This document shows positions 56,601 through 64,000 of a DNA stretch of 64,000 bases, in pieces (the stretch's first letter is position 1; each line of letters begins with the position of its first letter). The stretch is taken from positions 22,382,001-22,446,000 of the forward strand of contig OZ024740.1 in assembly GCA_964016885.1 (NCBI GenBank), in the 5' to 3' direction. The notes under the pieces were generated by a model, which did no database searches, was not told the DNA's origin, and saw only the letters and a list, made by a program, of their open reading frames with translations. Position numbers and translations under genes: made by a program. Source of the DNA: Eledone cirrhosa. Its lineage: Eukaryota.

Positions 56601-59599
56601 TTTGACTGAACTGTCTTATCCTTGTCACCTCCACTTAAACACTTTTGACTAAACTGTCTTATCCTTGTCACCTCCACTTAAACACGTTTGACTAAACTGT
56701 CTTATCCTTGTCACCTCCACTTAAACACGTTTGACTAAACTGTCTTCTCCTTGTCACGTCCACTTAAACACGTTTGACTGAACTGTCTTATCCTTGTCAC
56801 CTCCCTTAAATACTTTTGACTAAACTGTCTTATCCTTGTCACTTCCAGGTAAACACTTTTGACTAAACTGTCTTATCCTTGTCACCTCCACTTAAACAAT
56901 TTTGACTAAACTGTTTTATCCTTGTCACCTCCACTTAAACACGTTTGACTGATCTGTCTTATCATTGTCACCTCCACTTATACACTTTTGACTGAACTGT
57001 CTTATCCATGTCACCTCCACTTAAACATTTTTGACTGAACTGTCTCATCGTTGTCACCTACACTTAAACACTTTTGACTAAACTGTATTATCCTCGTCAT
57101 TTCCACTTAAACACTTTTGACTGAACTATCTTATCGTTGTCACCTCCACTTAAACACTTTTGACTAAACTGTCTTATCCTTGTCAACTCCACTTAAACAC
57201 TTATGACTGAACTGTCTTATCGTTGTCACCTCCACTTAAACACTTTTGAATGAACTGTTTTATCCTTGTCACCTCCACTTAAACACTTTTGACTGAGTTG
57301 TCTTATCGCTGTCCCATCCACTTAATCACTTTTGACTGAACTGTCTTATCCTTGTCACCTCCACTTAAACACTTTTGACTGAACTGTCTTATCCTTGTCA
57401 CCTCCAATTAAACACTTTTGACTGAACTGTCTTATCGTTGTCACCTCCACTTAAACACGTTTGACTAAACTGTCTTCTCCTTGTCACGTCCACTTAAACA
57501 CGTTTGACTGAACTGTCTTATCCTTGTCACCTCCCTTAAATACTTTTGACTAAACTGTCTTATCCTTGTCACTTCCAGGTAAACACTTTTGACTAAACTG
57601 TCTTATCCTTGTCACCTCCACTTAAACAATTTTGACTAAACTGTTTTATCCTTGTCACCTCCACTTAAACACGTTTGACTGATCTGTCTTATCCTTGTCA
57701 CCTCCACTTAAACACTTTTGACTGAACTGTCTTATCATTGTCACCTCCACTTATACACTTTTGACTGAACTGTCTTATCCATGTCACCTCCACTTAAACA
57801 CTTTTGACTGAACTGTCTCATCGTTGTCACCTACACTTAAACACTTTGGACTAAACTGTCTTATCCTAGTCAACTCCAATTAAACACTTTTGACTGAAAT
57901 ATCTTATCGTTGTAACATCCACTTAAACACTTTTGACTAAACTGTATTATCCTCGTCATTTCCACTTAAACACTTTTGACTGAACTATCTTATCGTTGTC
58001 ACCTCCACTTAAACACTTTTGACTAAACTGTCTTATCCTTGTCAACTCCACTTAAACACTTTTGACTGAACTGTCTTATCGTTGTCACCTCCACTTAAAC
58101 ACTTTTGAATGAACTGTTTTATCCTTGTCACCTCCACTTAAACACTTTTGACTGAATTGTCTTATCGCTGTCCCATCCACTTAATCACTTTTGACTGAAC
58201 TGTCTTATCCTTGTCACCTCCACTTAAACACTTTTGACTGAACTGTCTTATCCTTGTCACCTCCACTTAAACACTTTTGACTGAACTGTCTTATCGTTGT
58301 CACCTCCACTTAAACACTTTGGACTAAACTGTCTTATCCTTGTCACGTCCACCTAAACACTTTTGACTAAACTGGCTTATCCTTATCATCTCCACTTAAA
58401 CACTTTTGACCGAACTGTCTTATCCGTGTCACCTCCACTTAAACACTTTTGACTAAACTGTCTTATCCTTGTCACCTTCACTTAAACACTTTTGACTAAA
58501 CTGTCTTATCCTTGTCACCTCCACTTAAACACTTTTGACTGAACTGTCTTATCCTTGTCACCTCCACTTAAACACTTTTGACTAAACTGTCTTAACGTTG
58601 CCACCTCCATTTAAACACTTTTGACTAAACTGTCTTATCCTTGTCACCTCCACTTAAACACGTTTGACTAAACTTTCCTATCCTTGTCACCTCCACTTAA
58701 ACACTTTTGACCGAACTGTCTTATCCGTGTCACCTCCACTTAAACACTTTTGACTAAACTGTCTTATCCTTGTCACCTCCACTTAAACACTTTTGACTAA
58801 ACTGTCTTATCCTTGTCACCTCCACTTAAACACTTTTGACTGAACTGTCTTATCCTTGTCACCTCTACTTAAACACTTTTGACTAAACTGTCTTAACGTT
58901 GTCACCTCCACTTAAACACTTTTGACTAAACTGTCTTATCCTTGTCACCTCCACTTAAACACTTTTGACTAAACTGTCTTATCCTTGTCACCTCCACTTA
59001 AACACTTTTGACTAAACTGTCTTAACGTTGTCACCTCCATTTAAACACTTTTGACTAAACTGTCTTATCCTTGTCACCTCCACTTAAACACGTTTGACTA
59101 AACTTTCCTATCCTTGTCACCTCCACTTAAACACTTTTGACCGAACTGTCTTATCCGTGTCACCTCCACTTAAACACTTTTGACTAAACTGTCTTATCCT
59201 TGTCACCTCCACTTAAACACTTTTGACTAAACTGTCTTATCCTTGTCACCTCCACTTAAACACTTTTGACTGAACTGTCTTATCCTTGTCACCTCCAATT
59301 AAACACTTTTGACTAAACTGTCTTAACGTTGTCACCTCCACTTAAACACTTTTGACTAAACTATCTTATCCTTGTCACCTCCACTTAAACACGTTTGACT
59401 AAACTTTCCTATCCTTGTCACCTCCACTTAAACACTTTTGACTGAAATGTCTTTTCCTTGTCACCTCCACTTAAACACGTTTGACTAAACTGTCTTATCC
59501 TTGTCACCTCCACTTAATCACTTTTGACTGAACTGCCTTATCCTTGACACCTCCACTTAAACACTTTTTACTGAACTGTCTTATCCTTGTCACCTACAC

Positions 59600-62500
59600 T
59601 TAAACACTTTGGACGAAACTGTCTTATCCTTGTCACGTCCACTTAAACACTTTTGAGTGAACTGTCTTATCCTTGTCACCTCCACTTAAACGCTTTTGAC
59701 TGAAATGTCTTATCGTTGTAACATCCACTTAAACACTTTTGAATAAACTGACTTATCCTTGTCACCTCCACTTAAACACTTCTGACTGAACTGTCTTATC
59801 GTTGTCACCTCCACTTAATCACTTTTGACTGAACTGTCTTATCCTTGACACCTCCACTTAAACACTTTTTACTGAACTGTCTTATCCTTGTCACCTACAC
59901 TTAAACACTTTGGACGAAACTGTCTTATCCTTGTCAGGTCCACTTAAACACTTTTGAGTGAACTGTCTTATCCTTGTTACCTCCACTTAAACGCTTTTGA
60001 CTGAACTGTCTTATCCTTGTCAACTCCATTTAAACACTTTTGACTGAACTGTCTTATAGTTGTCACCTCCACTTAAACACTTTTGACTAAACTGTCTTAT
60101 CCTTGTCAACTCCACTTAAACGCTTTTGACTGAACTGTCTTATCCTTGTCAACTCCATTTAAACACTTTTGACTGAACTGTCTTATCGTTGTCACCTCCA
60201 CTTAAACACTTTTGACTAAACTGTCTTATCCTTGTCAACTCCACTTAAACACTTTTGACTGAATTTTCTTATCGTTGTCACTTCCACTTAAACACTTTTG
60301 ACTGAACTGTTTTATCCTTGTCACCTCCACTGAAACACTTTTGACTGAATTGTCTTATCGCTGTCCCATCCACTTAAACACTTTTGACTAAACTGGCTTA
60401 TCCTTGTCAACTCCAATTAAACACTTTTGACTGAACTGTCTTATCGTTGTCACCTCCACTTAAACACTTTTGACTAAACTGTCTTATCCTTATCACCTCC
60501 ACTTAAACACTTTTGACTGAACTGTCTTATCCATGTCACCTCCACTTAAACACATTTGACTGAACTGTCTCATCGTTGCCACCTCCACCATAAACACTTT
60601 TGACTAAACTGTCTTATCCTTGTCACCTCCACTTAATCACTTTTGACTGAACTGTCTTATCGTTGTCCCATCCACTTAAACACTTTTGACTAAACTGTCT
60701 TATCCTTGTCAACTCCACTTAAACACTTTTGACTAAACTGTCTTATCCTTGTCAACTCCAATTAAACACTTTTGACTAAACTGTCTTATCCTTGTCACCT
60801 CCACTTAAACACTTTTGACTAAACTGTCTTATCCTTGTCAACTCCACTTAAACACTTTTGACTGAACTGTCTTATCGTTGTCACCTCCACTTAAACACTT
60901 TTGACTAAACTCTCTTATCCTTGTCAACTCCACTTAAACACTTTTGACTGAACTCTCTTATCGTTGTCACCTCCACTTAAAAAACTTTTGACTGAACTGT
61001 CTTATCGTTGTCACCTCCACTTAAACACTTTTGACTAAACTGTCTTATCCTTGTCACCTCCACTTAATCACTTTTGACTGAACTGTCTTATCCTTGACAC
61101 CTCCACTTAAACACTTTTTACTGAACTGTCTTATCCTTATCACCTACACTTAAACACTGTGGACGAAACTGTCGTATCCTTGTCACGTCCACTTCAACAC
61201 TTTTGAGTGAACTGTCTTATCCTTGTCACGTCCACTTAAACTCTTTTGACTGAAATGTCTTATCGTTGTAACATCCACTTAAACACTTTTGAATAAACTG
61301 CCTTATCCTTGTCACCTCCACTTAAACACTTCTGTCTGAACTGTCTTATCGTTGTCACCTCCACTTAATCACTTTTGACTGAACTGTCTTATCCTTGACA
61401 CCTCCACTTAAACACTTTTTACTGAACTGTCTTATCCTTGTCACCTACACTTAAACACTTTGGACGAAACTGTCTTATCCTTGTCACGACACTTAAACAC
61501 TTTTGAGTGAACTGTCTTATCCTTGTCACCTCCACTTAAACGCTTTTGACTGAACTGTCTTATCCTTGTCAACTCCATTTAAACACTTTTGACTGAACTG
61601 TCTTATCGTTGTCACCTCCACTTAAAGACTTTTCACTAAACTGTCTTATCCTTGTCAACTCCACTTAAAAACTTTTGACTGAATTTTCTTATCGTTGTCA
61701 CTTCCACATAAACACTTTTGACTGAACTGTTTTATTCTTGTCACCTCCACTTAAACACTTTTGACTGAATTGTCTTATCGCTGTCCCATCCACTTAAACA
61801 CTTTTGACTAAACTGGCTTATCCTTGTCAACTCCAATTAAACACTTTTGACTGAACTGTCTGATCGTTGTCACCTCCACTTAAACACTTTTGACCGAACT
61901 GTCTTATCCGTGTCACCTCCAATTAAACACATTTGACTGAACTGTCTCATCGTTGCCACCTCCACTTAAACACTTTTGACTAAACTGTCTTATCCTTGTC
62001 ACCTCCACTTAATCACTTTTGACTGAACTGTCTTATCGTTATCCCATCCACTTAAACACTTTTGACTCAACTGTCTTATCCTTGTCAACTCCACTTAAAC
62101 ACTTTTGACTAAACTGTCTTATCCTTGTCAACTCCAATTAAACACTTTTGACTAAACTGTCTTATCCTTGTCACATCCACTTAAACACTTTTGACTCAAC
62201 TGTCTTATCCTTGTCAACTCCGCATAAACACTTTTGACTAAACTCTCTTATCCTTGTCAACTCCACTTAAACACTTTTGACTGAACTGTCTTATCGTTGT
62301 CACCTCCACTTAAACACGTTTGACTAAACTTTCCTATCCTTGTCACCTCCACTTAAACACTTTTGACCGAACTGTCTTATCCGTGTCACCTCCACTTAAA
62401 CACTTTTGACTAAACTGTCTTATCCTTGTCACCTCCACTTAAACACTTTTGACTAAACTGTCTCATCTTTGTCACCTACACTTAAACACTTTGGACTAAA

Positions 62501-64000
62501 CTGTCTTATCCTAGTCAACTCCAATTAAACACTTTTGACTGAAATATCTTATCGTTGTAACATCCACTTAAACACTTTTGACTAAACTGTATTATCCTCG
62601 TCATTTCCACTTAAACACTTTTGACTGAACTATCTTATCGTTGTCACCTCCACTTAAACACTTTTGACTAAACTGTCTTATCCTTGTCAACTCCAATTAA
62701 ACACTTTTGACTAAACTGTCTTATCCTTGTCACCTCCACTTAAACACTTTTGACTAAACTGTCTTATCCTTGTCAACTCCACTTAAACACTTTTGACTAA
62801 ACTCTCTTATCCTTGTCAACTCCACTTAAACACTTTTGACTGAACTCTCTTATCGTTGTCACCTCCACTTAAAAAACTTTTGACTGAACTGTCTTATCGT
62901 TGTCACCTCCACTTAAACACTTTTGACTAAACTGTCTTATCCTTGTCAACTCCAATTAAACACTTTTGACTAAACTGTCTTATCCTTGTCACCTCCACTT
63001 AAACACTTTTGACTGAACTGTCTTATCGTTGTCACCTCCACTTAAACACTTTTGACTAAACTGTCTTATCCTTGTCAACTCCAATTAAACACTTTTGACT
63101 AAACTGTCTTATCCTTGTCACCTCCACTTAAACACTTTTGACTGAACTGTCTTATCGTTGTCACCTCCACTTAAACACTTTTGACTAAACTCTCTTATCC
63201 TTGTCAACTCCACTTAAACACTTTTGACTGAACTCTCTTATCGTTGTCACCTCCACTTAAAAAACTTTTGACTGAACTGTCTTATCGTTGTCACCTCCAC
63301 TTAAACACTTTTGACTAAACTGTCTTATCCTTGTCACCTCCACTTAATCACTTTTGACTGAACTGTCTTATCCTTGACACCTCCACTTAAACACTTTTTA
63401 CTGAACTGTCTTATCCTTATCACCTACACTTAAACACTGTGGACGAAACTGTCGTATCCTTGTCACGTCCACTTAAACACTTTTGAGTGAACTGTCTTAT
63501 CCTTGTCACGTCCACTTAAACGCTTTTGACTGAAATGTCTTATCGTTGTAACATCCACTTAAACACTTTTGAATAAACTGCCTTATCCTTGTCACCTCCA
63601 CTTAAACACTTCTGTCTGAACTGTCTTATCGTTGTCACCTCCACTTAATCACTTTTGACTGAACTGTCTTATCCTTGACACCTCCACTTAAACACTTTTT
63701 ACTGAACTGTCTTATCCTTGTCACCTACACTTAAACACTTTGGACGAAACTGTCTTATCCTTGTCACGACACTTAAACACTTTTGAGTGAACTGTCTTAT
63801 CCTTGTCACCTCCACTTAAACGCTTTTGACTGAACTGTCTTATCCTTGTCAACTCCATTTAAACACTTTTGACTGAACTGTCTTATCGTTGTCACCTCCA
63901 CTTAAAGACTTTTCACTAAACTGTCTTATCCTTGTCAACTCCACTTAAAAACTTTTGACTGAATTTTCTTATCGTTGTCACTTCCACATAAACACTTTTG
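59600..64000. repeat. Right flanking satellite domain, same variant family as the left flank
   Basis: GAGTGAAC returns at ~59656, 59956, 61205, 61505, 63485 and 63785. GAATTTTCTT returns at 60261, 61681 and 63961. GTCAGGTCC...TTGTTACC at ~59935-59980 matches ~6709-6757. Confidence 0.75.
60850..64000. repeat. Duplication at 53-monomer offset (2,280 bp); second copy truncated by the window end
   Basis: TAAACACTGTGGACGAAACTGTCGTATC at 61151/63431, TCTGTCTGAA at 61331/63611 and TTGTCACGACAC at 61481/63761. Confidence 0.85.

Larger units (their letters stand above)
23400..59600. repeat. Central higher-order repeat domain (variable-length HOR of ordered variant monomers)
   Basis: Marker CAGGTA (in CTTCCAGGTAAAC, preceded by the 42-bp CTCCCTTAAATAC monomer) at ~23705, 26929, 30455, 32949, 34883, 37420, 38710, 41933, 44298, 45588, 46447, 48338, 48595, 50701, 51990, 52247, 54439, 56846 and 57576. 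It is usually followed by the same ordered variants (ACAATTTT, GACTGATCT, ATCATTG/TTATAC, TCCATG, CTCATCG/CTACAC, TTTGGAC, GAAATATC, GTATTATC). Confidence 0.9.
1..64000. repeat. Tandem satellite DNA array, 43-bp monomer, ~1,490 copies, single orientation, extends beyond both window ends
   Basis: Monomer TCACCTCCACTTAAACACTTTTGACT[A/G]AACTGTCTTATCCTTG starts at 1, 44, 87 and continues without interruption to 64000. Copies typically differ from consensus by 0-4 substitutions and rarely by 1-bp indels. 64000/43 is about 1,488. Confidence 0.99.

Noticed and set aside
1-64000. CRISPR array
   Set aside because: Repeat length is near the CRISPR range, but monomers abut directly with no unique spacers, and there is no leader or cas gene.
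1-64000. Giant repetitive protein gene
   Set aside because: 43 is not a multiple of 3, so the frame shifts every monomer. Both strands carry stop triplets in each monomer, and the ORF track shows nothing above 63 aa.
1-64000. Telomerase-type telomeric repeat or G-quadruplex array
   Set aside because: The minus strand is G-skewed but has only GG runs. The unit is long and shows inherited variant order, which is unlike templated telomerase addition. A subtelomeric location is not excluded.
1-64000. Promoter or transcription-factor motifs (TTGACT as -35 or W-box, GATAAG, CCACTTAA NK-type site)
   Set aside because: Short motifs are expected by chance in one 43-mer and are multiplied by repetition. 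There are no genes nearby and the organism is unknown.
1-64000. Plasmid iterons, integron attC array, tRNA/5S arrays or embedded transposons
   Set aside because: There is no rep or integrase gene, no cassettes, no RNA-gene structure and no non-satellite sequence anywhere in the window.

Overview
The whole 64,000-bp window is one uninterrupted head-to-tail satellite array of a 43-bp monomer (consensus TCACCTCCACTTAAACACTTTTGACT[A/G]AACTGTCTTATCCTTG, ~37% GC, about 1,490 copies). All copies are in one orientation and the array runs off both ends. I see no genes, RNA genes, transposon insertions or CRISPR spacers. The four 63-aa ORFs are by-products of the repeat. The information lies in the order of variant monomers. 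These form a variable-length higher-order repeat (HOR; one full unit is 45 monomers, 1,934 bp) that dominates about 23.4-59.6 kb. That domain is flanked on both sides by a related domain with different diagnostic variants. On top of this are nested in-register duplications of 6 to about 164 monomers. This looks like eukaryotic centromeric or heterochromatic satellite DNA, but organism and function cannot be determined from the sequence. Offsets were counted by hand from marker variants, and block boundaries are approximate.
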